Shown here: positions 1 through 9,426 of the stretch, piece after piece | How positions within the stretch are numbered: position 1 is the first letter of the stretch | Layout: each line of letters starts with the position of its first letter | Assembly (NCBI GenBank): GCA_049967195.1 | Contig: JBMFTE010000001.1 | Location: forward strand, 15,734-79,733 | Direction: 5' to 3' | Source: Nitrososphaeria archaeon | GTDB taxonomy: Archaea; Thermoproteota; Nitrososphaeria; Conexivisphaerales; UBA164 | Length of the DNA stretch: 64,000 bases | Program-made: the position numbers and the translations under genes | Notes under the pieces: generated by a model | Told to the model about the DNA's origin: nothing | Seen by the model: the letters and a program-made list of their open reading frames with translations, nothing else | Database searches by the model: none

Positions 1-276
1 TAGATTTGCCTGTGTAACAGAAATCAAGTACTTAGCTGTGGCTTTAGCTTGGAACTCAGCAAAAGAATCTGCAAACGTCCCAAACCAAACGGTAATAAAA
101 ATAAGCAAAAGAATCGAAAAGTAAAATAAGGAAAAAGACTTCGTAACCAATATATATAGAGCGACAATAATAAAAGAAATTTCTGTCATCAACATCACTG
201 GATTCAAATACAAATAGGTTGGAGATAATCTCTTTAATGATTCCTCAAACAAAGCGACAATTGTTTTAATTTCCAT
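1..276 (-). CDS. kdpB: K+-transporting P-type ATPase subunit KdpB, N-terminal part (gene runs off the window)
   Basis: Not in the ORF track. My minus-strand translation from the ATG at 276 reads MEIKTIVALFEESLKRLSPTYLYLNPVMLMTEISF...FADSFAEFQAKATAKYL. This fits the KdpB N-terminus pattern (NPVMF, FAEA.AEGR.KAQA). It starts 10 nt after the kdpA stop. Confidence 0.8.
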   Translation of the reverse strand, partial: MEIKTIVALFEESLKRLSPTYLYLNPVMLMTEISFIIVALYILVTKSFSLFYFSILLLIFITVWFGTFADSFAEFQAKATAKYLISVTQANL

Positions 277-285
277 ATGCTGTCA

Positions 286-1833
286 TCAACCTGCCATAGG
301 TCCTAAAACAAGTAAAGGCAACAGTGTTATTATAACTAAAAGAAATATAAATATTATTAACGTGAAGCTAAATGCAAGTGTGTCGGTTCTTATCTTTGTA
401 GCTGACTGATTTTTTTTCTTTTTAATAAACTCATTAGCAATTAATAACCCAATCATTAAAAATAAATATCTTCCAAATAACATTATGACGCCGGTTAGGT
501 AATTAAGGGCGGCGGAGTTTCCCAAAACCCCAAAAAAATCGGCACCGTTATTTTGAGCTGCACTAACTATTTCCCATAAGGCCTGTGTGAAACCTGAACC
601 AAGAGAAGGGTATAGGGTTTTTGGTAAAATAAGCAAGGCGAGTAAAATACCGGCATAGATTAAAAGCGGATGCAAAAGAAACGCCAAAGAAGATAACCTT
701 ATTTCTTTCGCATTTAGTTTAAAATTTAAATATTCAGGCATTCGCCCTGACATCAAACTTATAAAAAATACTGTTAAAATCGCGTAGACTTCTATATCTA
801 TAAAACCTGTACCAATTGATCCAGGGGCCATCGCCACCACCATACCCACTATATATATTGCCAGTGCGCCTTTACTTAGCCCGATTAAAGGCGCTGACAA
901 CAACCCTGTATTTGAGAAGATAGATGTTGCTGTTAAAATTTTAGTATTAAACGAGCCTATCCTAAATGGGAAGGCACCGAGCGGCTCATACAATATAATT
1001 ACGAACGCTATCAAAAAAATTAACATTGAAGCGACAAGCAAAAATAACCCTTCCTTTTTGTTTTTTAGGTTAAACCCAAAAAGCCAAAATAATGATAATG
1101 GAAAAACCAACATTGATGCAGATTGAATTAAATTTGTTAAGATGTTTGGGTTTTGTAAGGCAATGGCCGAACCAAGGGCATAGTAAGAACCACCATTGTT
1201 ACCCAATGTCATAATGGGCAATAGTGAACTTATGGGACCAACCGGCTCAGGAAACTTGATTATTGAAATAAACGCTTGCGGAACCCCAAGAGCCATGTAT
1301 ACTAATGATAAAACTAAAGAAATTGGTAAAAAGATCATTAAAAGCGCAGATAGTACATCATTATAGAAATTGCCGATTCTTCCGTGTGTAATTGATCTAA
1401 TAAAAGCTATGCTTACAGCAAGCCCCGTAGCAGGAGCAATCCATTCAAGAAATTGAAGCGCAAACGCTTCGCCATATGATGTAAACGTAAATTCACTTGC
1501 AAAATGCTCCAAGTCCGTATTTGTTATGAACGAAGCAAGCGTATTAAACAACAACGATGATGTGATGTGATATCCAGGGTAAAGTGATGTCATTAGAATG
1601 ATAGTAGCAATTATCACAACAAAAAGATTAAACACTAATAGTGATATAAAATAGGTTCCCCAACTCATGTCTTCCCCGAAAATATTAAAACCCTTTAAAA
1701 TTTTATAGATAAGTTTGTTTTCGCCAAAAAAAACACGATTTTCCAACAAGGCTAAAAAATAAGATAATGATATCACAAAAATTGTAAATACTAAAATCAT
1801 AAAAAAATTAAGGGGGCTTTCTAATGATATCAA
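286..1833 (-). CDS. kdpA: K+-transporting ATPase subunit KdpA
   Basis: 515-aa polytopic membrane protein. LGNNGGSYY resembles the KdpA selectivity-filter LGTNGGGFF. kdpB follows immediately. Confidence 0.8.
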   Translation of the reverse strand: MISLESPLNFFMILVFTIFVISLSYFLALLENRVFFGENKLIYKILKGFNIFGEDMSWGTYFISLLVFNLFVVIIATIILMTSLYPGYHITSSLLFNTLASFITNTDLEHFASEFTFTSYGEAFALQFLEWIAPATGLAVSIAFIRSITHGRIGNFYNDVLSALLMIFLPISLVLSLVYMALGVPQAFISIIKFPEPVGPISSLLPIMTLGNNGGSYYALGSAIALQNPNILTNLIQSASMLVFPLSLFWLFGFNLKNKKEGLFLLVASMLIFLIAFVIILYEPLGAFPFRIGSFNTKILTATSIFSNTGLLSAPLIGLSKGALAIYIVGMVVAMAPGSIGTGFIDIEVYAILTVFFISLMSGRMPEYLNFKLNAKEIRLSSLAFLLHPLLIYAGILLALLILPKTLYPSLGSGFTQALWEIVSAAQNNGADFFGVLGNSAALNYLTGVIMLFGRYLFLMIGLLIANEFIKKKKNQSATKIRTDTLAFSFTLIIFIFLLVIITLLPLLVLGPMAG

Positions 1834-1840
1834 CGTAAAT

Positions 1841-2347
1841 TCACTTTAGATTGTTCTTAGAAATTAACCTGTATTTATAAGGTTTGTGTGATTCGTCTCG
1901 TTCTAATGTTCCCTGTTCAACCATTTTTTTTAATGTTCTACTTACATGTTCCCTCGTTTTACCAACGAGGGCCTGAATTTCTGAACTGGAAAGTTCCTGG
2001 TTTTTTAAGTTATTTATAATAATGCCTTCTAATCCACTGACAAGATTTTCATTGTTTTGTTCTTTAATAGCTAACACAGACTTGTCTGCTGCTGGCTCTA
2101 TTTTATTATATGGCTTGAGTTCTTTGCCTAATGAATCGTTTTTTGATAATAAATCTATTTTCCAAGCAATATCCGCTATTTTATTATTTTGGAGGGTGAT
2201 CACATCACTAATCAGATCAATATCCTTTAGTTTACGGCTATAATTAATAACATATGATATCGCGATTATTGAAAGAATTAAAGCTATAATTGTCGTGATA
2301 TCTGATATAATCGTGATATCAATCATAACCAGTTTATCACATAGCAA
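1841..2347 (-). CDS. Membrane-anchored winged-helix DNA-binding protein (N-terminal TM helix, C-terminal wHTH)
   Basis: Hydrophobic N-terminus ITIISDITTIIALILSIIAISYVI. C-terminus LSSSEIQALVGKTREHVSRTLKKMVEQGTLER..YKYRL is MarR/ArsR-like wHTH. Its stop is 7 nt upstream of the kdpA start on the same strand. Confidence 0.55.
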   Translation of the reverse strand: MLCDKLVMIDITIISDITTIIALILSIIAISYVINYSRKLKDIDLISDVITLQNNKIADIAWKIDLLSKNDSLGKELKPYNKIEPAADKSVLAIKEQNNENLVSGLEGIIINNLKNQELSSSEIQALVGKTREHVSRTLKKMVEQGTLERDESHKPYKYRLISKNNLK

Positions 2348-2434
2348 ATTATTAAGTTTTGCGATTTATCGTGATTTAATTGCAAAATCTTAAGCTAGCA
2401 CAAACTATATAAAATTATATAGCTTATTGATACC

Positions 2435-2788
2435 GTGGACCTATATTTTGATGAGATAGTAAAAAGATCTAGCTTGACAAAATTGCAAGTTGAAGCGGTG
2501 TGCTCTACAATGTTAGCAGCTGAACGATTATTTAATAAACAGGAAGTTGAAAGAATTAAATCAAAGCCTAGCGGTGAGGTTTCAACGATTAGAAGGCAGG
2601 GCAGAACAAATGTTAAACGGTCATTGTATACTTTTATTCTGGGGTTTTATATCGGATTCCTTAAAAAGGAGTATATTCCAAATTTGCTCGAGGTTGCAGA
2701 AGCCTTGAAAAAATTATCAGAGCAGGGAGTGTTTTCTGATTCTGCTCTTGAGAATCTAGATAAAATAATAGATGCAATGCTAATATGA
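2435..2788 (+). CDS. Hypothetical protein (117 aa, GTG start)
   Basis: ORF only, with no recognisable motif. Divergent from the wHTH gene. Its 3' end overlaps the GGGPS gene by 9 nt, convergently. Confidence 0.35.
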   Translation: MDLYFDEIVKRSSLTKLQVEAVCSTMLAAERLFNKQEVERIKSKPSGEVSTIRRQGRTNVKRSLYTFILGFYIGFLKKEYIPNLLEVAEALKKLSEQGVFSDSALENLDKIIDAMLI

Positions 2789-3535
2789 TTTTAATGCGCT
2801 AGAAATCTCGGCAAATTTTTTGGTTCCATTTTTTTCTTCTAACAAATTTCCTATTACAAGTCCGTCAGCTCCAGCTTCCAATAAAGAAGTAGCTGTCTCT
2901 TTATCTTTTATTCCACCTCCTACGATTAGCAAGCCATTAAAATATTTTCTTGCTGCTTCTACCATACTTGAAGGTATTGGGGCTGATGTCCCAGATCCAC
3001 CTTCAAGGTACAATAATCTAAAACCGAAATATTTAGCGGCAAGGGAGTAAAGCGAAATTATTTCTCTGTTATTAGGTAAAGGTCTAGCATGACCTATATG
3101 TGACACTGCCGAACCCGCGTTTATCACAATATATCCCGCCGGTATAGGTTCGATGTGATATTTATATATTAAGCCAGATCCAAGAACTTGTGCTTCCACT
3201 ACATAATATGTATTTTCTGAATTCATTAGCATCATATATAAAATCGCGTCAGCATTTTTGGAAATTCCTGTTATATTGTTAGGAAATAATATCACCGGCA
3301 TATGTGATATTGATTTAATATTTGATATCACATCATCTAAAAATGTTACATCAATCATAGTAGATCCTCCTACCAACAAAGCATCCGCGCCGTTTTTTTC
3401 TAGCTCCTTGACGGTATTAATTAGTGAGTCCGGGTTTAGATTTATGGGATCAATTAGCGGAAGGCATAGTGCCTTTTCCTTCCTTCTCTGATTTAAATAG
3501 TTTTCAACGAAGCCCATTTTTTCTGCCACGCTCAT
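2780..3535 (-). CDS. Geranylgeranylglyceryl phosphate synthase (PcrB/GGGPS family)
   Basis: 251 aa TIM-barrel pattern: ALLVGGS, YLEGGSG, LIVGGGIKD, GADGLVIGN. Confidence 0.8.
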   Translation of the reverse strand: MSVAEKMGFVENYLNQRRKEKALCLPLIDPINLNPDSLINTVKELEKNGADALLVGGSTMIDVTFLDDVISNIKSISHMPVILFPNNITGISKNADAILYMMLMNSENTYYVVEAQVLGSGLIYKYHIEPIPAGYIVINAGSAVSHIGHARPLPNNREIISLYSLAAKYFGFRLLYLEGGSGTSAPIPSSMVEAARKYFNGLLIVGGGIKDKETATSLLEAGADGLVIGNLLEEKNGTKKFAEISSALKSY

Positions 3536-3762
3536 GATATTTTCCCTGAGTTAAATGCATCAACAAATTCATTATAAACATCTATATATTCCTGATTTGA
3601 TGTCGGTTTAGTGTATTTTAAGCCACAATTACCGCATATTACGACCCATCCACTTTCGTTTTTAATAACTTTTACAGATATTGAGCCACATTTTGGGCAT
3701 CTTAATATCTCTGGTATTGCCCGCCTAACTGGTTTAACAACTCTCCTTTTTTTCCTTGTCAT
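3532..3762 (-). CDS. Elf1-like zinc-ribbon transcription elongation factor homolog
   Basis: Basic N-terminus MTRKKRRVVKP, CPKC..x17..CGNC zinc ribbon, and a tail EYIDVYNEFVDAF that resembles eukaryotic Elf1 EPVDVYSDWIDA. I start at the internal Met; the ORF track extends to 3810. ATGA overlap with the GGGPS start. Confidence 0.6.
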   Translation of the reverse strand: MTRKKRRVVKPVRRAIPEILRCPKCGSISVKVIKNESGWVVICGNCGLKYTKPTSNQEYIDVYNEFVDAFNSGKIS

Positions 3763-3915
3763 TATCCTAAATTGGATTATTACCCTTATATAAATGGTTA
3801 TAATTAACACTACTTTTTGTGCAATTGGGCTTTCATGCTTAAGATATAATTAATAAATAATCATATTATAATACTGAATCGCTTTAGCAATTTTTAGTTA
3901 TTGAAAGTTTTTATC

Positions 3916-4389
3916 TCAGAAGCAATTTTTTAATTTATCATAAGTTCTGTACAAATGCTCTGGCAAAACCTTTACTTCGCCTATAACAGGCATAAAATTG
4001 GTATCTCCTCTCCAACGTGGAACTAGGTGAAAGTGGAGGTGCTCAAACCCCGCCCCCGCATCTTCTCCTATATTAGCACCAAAATTGAATCCGTTTGGCC
4101 TAAGTTTTTCTTTTAAACATTTTTCGCTCTGATTAAGCATTATAAAAATTTCTGTTAGTTCTTCTTTTGTTAATTCTGATATTTTAGAAATGTGCCTAAT
4201 GGGTACGAACATGAGGTGGCCGTTATTATAAGGGTATTTATTCATAATGATAAAGCTGTTTTTTCCCCGGTATAAAACCAAATTTTCTCTATCTAATTTT
4301 TTATTTGCTTTGATGACGTCGCAAAATAAACAATTTTTGGGTACGGCCTCGATAAAATCTATTCTCCAAGGAGCCCAAACAACTTTCAT
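3916..4389 (-). CDS. HIT-family nucleotide hydrolase/transferase
   Basis: Histidine triad HLHFHLVPRW; 157 aa. Confidence 0.8.
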   Translation of the reverse strand: MKVVWAPWRIDFIEAVPKNCLFCDVIKANKKLDRENLVLYRGKNSFIIMNKYPYNNGHLMFVPIRHISKISELTKEELTEIFIMLNQSEKCLKEKLRPNGFNFGANIGEDAGAGFEHLHFHLVPRWRGDTNFMPVIGEVKVLPEHLYRTYDKLKNCF

Positions 4390-4589
4390 TTTATCATATT
4401 AACAACATGTTCTAATTTAAACCTTTTTAATATAAGCAGTTTACTTGGAGGTTGGGCCAATAAAGCCGCCAATTTACGTTTATTCTCCAATTGTAGACCA
4501 GAAATCGCTAGGTCCAATGTTATAGCATCAACGGCCTTTTTAAAAACCACATAAATCTATGTGACTTCATTTTTTATATATTTTAGAAA

Positions 4590-6728
4590 TTAGCTGTAAA
4601 CTGAAGAATGAGTAAATCTAGATTCAATGTGCTTGTTTATTTCATCATAAAATTTTAGCAGCGCTGGTGTTAATGATGGTTTAATGCGTTGCAAGCTTTC
4701 GTTGAAGTCTTCTAGCTTAATTTTTTCTGAGCCTCTGCTAATTGCTAAAAGTCCTGCTTCTCTTACGAGAGATTTTAAATCGGCTCCGGAATAACCTTCG
4801 GTTTTTGCAGCAATATAATTAATGTTTATTTGCTCTTCAACATATACCTTTTTTATAAATGCAGTTAAAATTTTATTTCTTTCGTCTGCGTTGGGGGGGC
4901 CAACATACACAAGCAGGTCAAATCTTCCCGGTCTAAGTAATGAAGGGTCGATCAAATCAGGCCTATTTGTAGTTCCGATTACAAATACCAAATCTTCCGG
5001 CTGTAAAGAATCTATTGCTGTTATGAGCTGGCTTACAATTGACTCGATGGAGTCTTGATTCGATCCCCTGATTTTCGTAATGGAATCTACTTCGTCTAGC
5101 AGTATAATAGATGGGGCTGAAGATTTTGCTTTTCTAAAAATTTCTCTTACTGCTTTTTCTGATTCTCCAACCCACTTGCTTAAAATCTCTGGTCCCTTTA
5201 TTGTAATTAAATTTGCCTTGGCTTCATTTGCAAGTGCTTTAGCCAGCAGGGTCTTGCCACAGCCGGGGGGCCCATAAAGCAGAACTCCTCTTGGAGGCTC
5301 TATTCCAACCTTCTTGAATTTTTCTATGTTTTCTATAGCTTCTACTACATTTAATTTTAATTTTGATATCAGGTTTTCATATCCGCCAATATCGCTCCAT
5401 GAAATCTTTGGAATTTCAAAATATAGCTCCCTAAGGGCGGTAGGAACTATTTGTCTATAAGCGTGCAGAAAATCTGAGTCCGATACAAATATGGTATTTA
5501 TTTTTTCTTCAATCAAGTTTTTTTCCTCTAAGGCCTGCGGCGTAATTCTTCTAATGGCATTAAATGCTGCTTCTCGACACAATGCTGCTAAATCAGCTCC
5601 ACTATATCCTGCCGTCATTCTTGCATATTTTTTGAGATCTACATTATGCTCTAGTGGCATACCTCTGATGTGTATATTTAAAATTTCCAACCTTCCATCC
5701 TCGTTAGGAACCCCGATTTCTAATTCTCTATCAAATCTTCCTGGGCGCCTCAACGCTGGATCGACGTCCTCTACTCTATTGGTTGCGCCTATTACAATTA
5801 CGTCGCCGCGGTCCTTTAACCCATCCATCAATGTCAACAGTTGCGCCACTACCCGAACCTCTGCTTCACCAAAAGCCTCGCTCCTTTTTGGGGCTATAGA
5901 ATCTAGTTCATCAATAAAGATTATACTAGGCGCATTCTTTTTAGCTTCCTTGAAAATCTCTCTTAATTTGGCTTCAGTTTCTCCGTAGTATTTACTCATT
6001 ATCTCAGGGCCGTTTATTGAATAAAAACTTGCATCAGTTTCATTTGCAAGTGCTTTAGCCAGCAGGGTCTTGCCACAGCCGGGGGGCCCATAAAGCAGAA
6101 CTCCTCTTGGAGGCTCTATTCCAACCTTCTTGAACAGTTTTGGGTATTTTAGTGGCAACTCCACCATTTCTCGCAGTATCTGTAACTGATCTTTTAACCC
6201 ACCTACATCCTGATATGATACGCCGTTTTCGGTTCTCTTTTTATGGCCCTGCAAAATTTTTGTTTTGCTGCTTATTTTAACCGCGCCTTTTGGGTTAGTA
6301 AATACTATCAAAAACGTTATTGTATTCCCCATAAATTTTGTTTCTAATATATTGTTTTCAAATACGGGAACACCAACAAAATTTTTTTTAAAAATGGTCT
6401 CAAGCGCCTTTTTATCTAGTTTTATATCTGAATTATTAAATTCGACTTGTATTTGGAGTGCCTCCTGCAAGTTGGCCTGTTTTATTGTAACATAATCGCC
6501 GATTTTTACTCCTGTATTTTGCCTTGTTATACTATCTATCTTTATTGTTTCAGTATCTTTTTCATAATGCGGTAATGCATAAGCTGCGGCCAGAGATTTA
6601 CCGGCAATTATTAAAACGTCTCCTTTTTTTAATTTCATTGATTTAATTAGTTTATCGGGGATCCTAACCCGGTATTTTCCGATATCACGGGGCAAAGCCT
6701 CGACAACCCTTAACTTAAATTCGCTCAA
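4590..6728 (-). CDS. cdc48: CDC48/VCP-like AAA+ ATPase (N domain plus D1 and D2)
   Basis: Two AAA modules, each with GPPGCGKT Walker A and DE(L/V)D Walker B. Has a CDC48 N-domain-like start. Confidence 0.9.
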   Translation of the reverse strand: MSEFKLRVVEALPRDIGKYRVRIPDKLIKSMKLKKGDVLIIAGKSLAAAYALPHYEKDTETIKIDSITRQNTGVKIGDYVTIKQANLQEALQIQVEFNNSDIKLDKKALETIFKKNFVGVPVFENNILETKFMGNTITFLIVFTNPKGAVKISSKTKILQGHKKRTENGVSYQDVGGLKDQLQILREMVELPLKYPKLFKKVGIEPPRGVLLYGPPGCGKTLLAKALANETDASFYSINGPEIMSKYYGETEAKLREIFKEAKKNAPSIIFIDELDSIAPKRSEAFGEAEVRVVAQLLTLMDGLKDRGDVIVIGATNRVEDVDPALRRPGRFDRELEIGVPNEDGRLEILNIHIRGMPLEHNVDLKKYARMTAGYSGADLAALCREAAFNAIRRITPQALEEKNLIEEKINTIFVSDSDFLHAYRQIVPTALRELYFEIPKISWSDIGGYENLISKLKLNVVEAIENIEKFKKVGIEPPRGVLLYGPPGCGKTLLAKALANEAKANLITIKGPEILSKWVGESEKAVREIFRKAKSSAPSIILLDEVDSITKIRGSNQDSIESIVSQLITAIDSLQPEDLVFVIGTTNRPDLIDPSLLRPGRFDLLVYVGPPNADERNKILTAFIKKVYVEEQININYIAAKTEGYSGADLKSLVREAGLLAISRGSEKIKLEDFNESLQRIKPSLTPALLKFYDEINKHIESRFTHSSVYS

Positions 6729-6778
6729 TTCTTTTAATAAACCAGCGAACCATAAATATTTAATCTTATTTTTAAAAC

Positions 6779-7621
6779 CTATGCTTTAGATTTTATGTAC
6801 TCAGCAACTGTTACCGCCTTTGCTGTCTCAGCAACATCGTGAGTTCTAATAGCATCGGCCCCATTTATAACTGAAATGGCAGCCGCGGCCAATGAACCGG
6901 CCAGTCTCTTGCTAGGATCGTTTTCCTTTGTTATGATGCCTATAAATGATTTTCTAGAAACACCAACAAGTATTGGAAATCCGAGAGTTCCCTTTATTTT
7001 TCCTAGGCGCGCTATAACTATAGCGTCCCAATCATGGCTTGTAAGTTGAGAGTTTCTAAAAAATCCTATTGCTGGATCAATCACAATTTTATTTGGTTCT
7101 ATTCCTGAATTCTGTGCGTTATTTAAAGACGCACTTATCGCTTCTACAATAAAATCTACTGGATCGTGCGCACCCCGCGCATTTCCTGCTGCACACAAAA
7201 TAAGCGACGCGTTATGATCTTTTATTATTTTAGCTGCTTTGTTGTCTGATAGCCCGCTTACGTCGTTTATAATGGTGGCTCCTTTTTTTAACGATTGCTC
7301 CATAATGTTACTTCTTTGTGTGTCTATGGAAATTTCTGCCTTAATGTTAAGATCCTTTATAATTTCAAGCGCCCACAAAATTCTGCGTGATTCAACCTCC
7401 TCACTTACTAATGTTTTTTTATAGGGCGCTGTGCTCATTCCGCCTAAATCAATTACTTCTGCTCCTCCATCAATGCTTGATAGGGCCTTTGCTTCAAACT
7501 GCTTTTTTTTAGTTACTACAGAACCTTCAAAAAATGATTCTGGGCTCAAGTTAATGACTGCAATTAGCCTTACTGGCTCTCTAGCCCCAACCCTTAAATT
7601 CCCAAGATAGGAGACATTCAT
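6779..7621 (-). CDS. folP: Dihydropteroate synthase
   Basis: Pterin-binding pattern DLGGMSTAPY, IINDVSG, SRKSFIG, AIRTHDV; 280 aa. Confidence 0.75.
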   Translation of the reverse strand: MNVSYLGNLRVGAREPVRLIAVINLSPESFFEGSVVTKKKQFEAKALSSIDGGAEVIDLGGMSTAPYKKTLVSEEVESRRILWALEIIKDLNIKAEISIDTQRSNIMEQSLKKGATIINDVSGLSDNKAAKIIKDHNASLILCAAGNARGAHDPVDFIVEAISASLNNAQNSGIEPNKIVIDPAIGFFRNSQLTSHDWDAIVIARLGKIKGTLGFPILVGVSRKSFIGIITKENDPSKRLAGSLAAAAISVINGADAIRTHDVAETAKAVTVAEYIKSKA

Positions 7622-7902
7622 CTCATAGATTCTGATTTTCTTTCTTCTCTAGACCTAACTTTAACTATCCCCATATGTACCGCGCACGAAATACAGTAAT
7701 ATTTTGTAGCAACGGTATATGGAATAATTGCACCCTTCGCCTGCAACTCTTTAGCTAACGCTGAGTCAACCAGAGGTACTCTAACAGTTACTTTTTTGGC
7801 CTTATCACGCGGCACCCGCGCCCCGCATGAACTGCATGTGACATATTCGCTTCTTCCTTTGGAACCCTTACTTCTTCCCCTACTTTTTCTCTTTTTTGGC
7901 AA
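7618..7902 (-). CDS. rps26e: Ribosomal protein S26e
   Basis: MPKKRKSRGRSKG...CSSCGARVPRDKA...YCISCAVH. Overlaps the folP start. Confidence 0.85.
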   Translation of the reverse strand: MPKKRKSRGRSKGSKGRSEYVTCSSCGARVPRDKAKKVTVRVPLVDSALAKELQAKGAIIPYTVATKYYCISCAVHMGIVKVRSREERKSESMR

Positions 7903-7967
7903 TGCTATTATTTGTTAAAATGCCCTTTTTTTAACCCTTTCGCATACTATTGCTATAGTATTTCATT

Positions 7968-8636
7968 TTAATCAGGATATAGTTTAAACTGAGTGCCACT
8001 TTCTGGTTCGTGTCTGTTATATTCAAGCACCCATTTTACCTTTCTAGCTTTTGTGGGCCCGATGACCTTTGCCAATTCTGATAGTTTGGCATTGAATGCC
8101 TTTGATGGTGTTCCAAAAGTCATAATTATCTTCTCCGCCAATTTGGGCCCAATTCCTGGCAACGATGAAATTAAATATACTTGGTCGTCATCTGTCGTAG
8201 CTAATTTCTTTTTATATACGATTTTTGGTTTCTGACCCTTTTTTAAATTAAATGCCAGTCTCTCGATAAAAATTGCACTTTCATCGACGGTGGGCACAAA
8301 GGCAGTTTTTACATTAAAATTTATTATTAAACTTGATAAAGCCCCATAGTAAACTTTGGGGTTATTTAATATTTGAGACATAATGGACATATCGCCCTCG
8401 ATTAAAATAATTGGTGTTTTATAGTGGTTACTCAAACTTTCTGCCTGTCTAAAAAGGCGGCCGTCAAAAAGGGATGATATAAAATCATGTACGGTCTTGC
8501 GCTCTATAGCTAAGTCTTCCGAAATTATATAATCTCCTACTAGAAGTTGCTTAAAGCTGATTTTTACCCCCAGTTCCCCAAGAATCCTAGGCAGTTCAGA
8601 TGATTGTTCCCTATAATCAACAACGATCTCAGACAC
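7968..8636 (-). CDS. Short-form XPF/ERCC4 structure-specific nuclease (nuclease plus HhH2, no helicase domain)
   Basis: ERCC4 signature GDYIISEDLAIERKTVHDF. C-terminal HhH LPGIGPKLAEKI. 222 aa. Confidence 0.8.
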   Translation of the reverse strand: MSEIVVDYREQSSELPRILGELGVKISFKQLLVGDYIISEDLAIERKTVHDFISSLFDGRLFRQAESLSNHYKTPIILIEGDMSIMSQILNNPKVYYGALSSLIINFNVKTAFVPTVDESAIFIERLAFNLKKGQKPKIVYKKKLATTDDDQVYLISSLPGIGPKLAEKIIMTFGTPSKAFNAKLSELAKVIGPTKARKVKWVLEYNRHEPESGTQFKLYPD

Positions 8637-8740
8637 ACGTGTTTTTTATTGGTCATTTTAATAAATTTGTTGGGCGTGGTTTTTCACGCTGTAGTTCGCC
8701 GCAAGTCACTTTTTTGTTTTATATTTAGGTTTATTTGATA

Positions 8741-9070
8741 CTATGACGATCGGCTTTTATGTAGTATATTGTATATTTTTTCTAATGTTTCAGTAGTAAC
8801 TAGCTTTTTCCAGCTTACAAGATAGGTTCTTATTTCTTCGGCGGTGTCTGGATAGATGTTAACAAGTTGGATTGCAACATCTTCATCTAATGATGCCTCG
8901 TTAACAAGTTTGTTAACTAGCTCTTTCGCTTTTTCTGGGGACAGTTTTGAGAAGGTGTTCAAATATTCCAGCGTTCTTCTTTGCAGATCGTCCAACTCCT
9001 CCTGATTTTTTGATAAAAGTTCTTTCGCTTCATGCATTGTTATCTTTGAAGCCTTATTTGTTTTAGTCAT
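8741..9070 (-). CDS. rpoF: RNA polymerase subunit F (Rpo4/Rpb4-like)
   Basis: 109-aa helical protein directly downstream of L21e, which is the conserved archaeal L21e-rpoF pair. Rpb4/RpoF-like sequence pattern. Confidence 0.65.
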   Translation of the reverse strand: MTKTNKASKITMHEAKELLSKNQEELDDLQRRTLEYLNTFSKLSPEKAKELVNKLVNEASLDEDVAIQLVNIYPDTAEEIRTYLVSWKKLVTTETLEKIYNILHKSRSS

Positions 9071-9075
9071 TAAAA

Positions 9076-9384
9076 TCAGCCCTTAAATGGCATTATATGC
9101 TCATATCTTGTGTAAATGTTCTTTTCTTTGTCTCCTATCATTACATTTAACGAAATAGACCTTTTTCTAATTTCTTTAATTATACCCACCTTGCCATGAA
9201 ATCTTCTATGAGGCATGCCCCTGTGTTGTGCCGGATCAATTTTTATTACAACCTTGTCACCTACTTTATATTCGTTTAATAAATAAGATAGCCCTCTTTT
9301 GCCTTCTGAACTCAAAAGTTGCCTTGTCTTTCTTCTGTAACCTTTATTATGCGGCATATAAGCTCGCATATTGAATAGCCCCAT
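9076..9384 (-). CDS. rpl21e: Ribosomal protein L21e
   Basis: PHNKGYRRKTR...GDKVVIKIDPA...FHGKVG. The true start may be the Met at 9357 (MPHNKGY). Confidence 0.85.
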   Translation of the reverse strand: MGLFNMRAYMPHNKGYRRKTRQLLSSEGKRGLSYLLNEYKVGDKVVIKIDPAQHRGMPHRRFHGKVGIIKEIRKRSISLNVMIGDKEKNIYTRYEHIMPFKG

Positions 9385-9426
9385 CTTAAGCTTTTCTATT
9401 GAGTTGGCGTCTATTGCGGTTAAGGT

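Noticed and set aside
5491-5988. 165-aa plus-strand ORF. Similar antisense ORFs occur inside long genes, e.g. 9371-9778, 13813-14007, 20770-21141, 22024-22401, 33395-33922, 35075-35476, 41382-41882, 44709-45008, 52907-53281 and 55950-56276.
   Set aside because: Each lies entirely within, and antisense to, a well-supported conserved CDS. Their composition is low-complexity and Ser/Leu-rich, which is typical of shadow frames.
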